A stretch of 64,000 nt of DNA from Aplysia californica (Eukaryota): assembly GCF_000002075.1 (NCBI RefSeq), contig NW_004797483.1, positions 147,258-211,257 of the forward strand, read 5' to 3'. A model generated the notes under the pieces. That model did no database searches, had not been told where the DNA came from, and worked only from the letters and a program-made list of their open reading frames with translations. The position numbers and the translations under genes are program-made. Shown here piece after piece: positions 63,087 through 64,000 of this stretch (its first letter is position 1; each line of letters starts with the position of its first letter).

Positions 63087-64000
63087 GATATCTAGCAGCG
63101 TTTCCCCTGACATTGCTCAGCCGCATAATTTGTCTCGAGGCAGGGCCGCACTAACACTTAACTTTGTTGCCACAAAACATCGCCCTGTGGAGCCCAATTG
63201 GTTCAATGTCGCGAGTTTGAAACTAATGAAGCCTTTGTACTGGAGTTTTGCAGAAGGTCTTGTTGTAAAATTAGGTCTCAGTACAGTGTGGTCAGTAGTG
63301 CTGGGCGGCTAGGTTCCCGATTATTTAAAAGTTAGAAATCGTAGGAATCGACTCCGAACCCGATTACTTACTTTTTAGTAATGTGATTTTTTTCCGGTGG
63401 TTACCTGGTTGACTCCAAACATCTTCAGGATTTAGGATAACCTTGATTTCGGAACACTACGAAGCACCAACTTCTATTTATCAAATATAAATTCATTTTA
63501 AAAATAGAAGATTTTAATGATAAAAGTAACTGGCAACCGTTGGTTTACGTAAAAAGGAGACGGAACTTTACTGCCGTTGTATTAATCGTGGGAATCGGTT
63601 CCGGAATCGACTCTTCGCCCAGCTCTTGTGGTCAGTCTATCGAATTCAAAGGTGTCTCTGAGAAGTTTCGTGAGATGAAGACTGGCAACTCCCAGGAGGT
63701 TGTGCCGTTTTGTCAGATTTTGCTGAGAGCGTAGAACATCATTTATTCATATTTCTGAAAGGGGTATAATCTACTTTATGATATTCTACATCTGTGCATG
63801 GCGGTCGAATTCTCAAAAGAGACAGCAGAGATCTGTTACTTCTTGTTCCCCAGAGCAGCTTTTTAAAGTTTTCTTTGCCCGTGCATGAGCTTGTCGGGGG
63901 TGTCATTGGAATGAAAAAACAAACAAACAAACTTACAGGGGGGGGGGGCCTAGATCTACCCCCCCCTCTCTCTCTCTCTGTTTCTCTCTCTGTCTCTCTC

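Overview
AT-rich, repeat-rich animal genomic scaffold with several N gaps. It is probably an invertebrate such as a mollusc, inferred only from the SINE/LINE types and composition. Three spliced host genes can be built by hand from GT-AG exons. (1) The first coding exon of a fatty acyl-CoA reductase (FAR) on the minus strand, with a ~158-aa low-complexity N-terminal extension; the rest of the gene runs off the left edge. (2) A complete 14-exon CCDC91 (p56, GGA/AP-1 accessory protein) orthologue on the plus strand, 541 aa, divergent from FAR. (3) A two-coding-exon, 300-aa single-CRD TNF-receptor-superfamily gene on the minus strand, convergent with CCDC91, whose death-domain-less tail has ITIM-like, TRAF-like and DDVF motifs and which has a uORF. 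The right third is mostly transposable elements: an L2/CR1 LINE broken by a MITE that itself holds a young RT+RNase H LINE with an 8-bp TSD, an inverted copy of the MITE/LINE junction, an RTE 3' fragment, a decayed THAP/P-element transposase and tRNA-derived SINEs. I found no clearly new multi-gene system. The best leads are the unusual TNFR, the FAR-CCDC91 linkage also seen in vertebrates, the FAR extension and the nested TE rearrangement.
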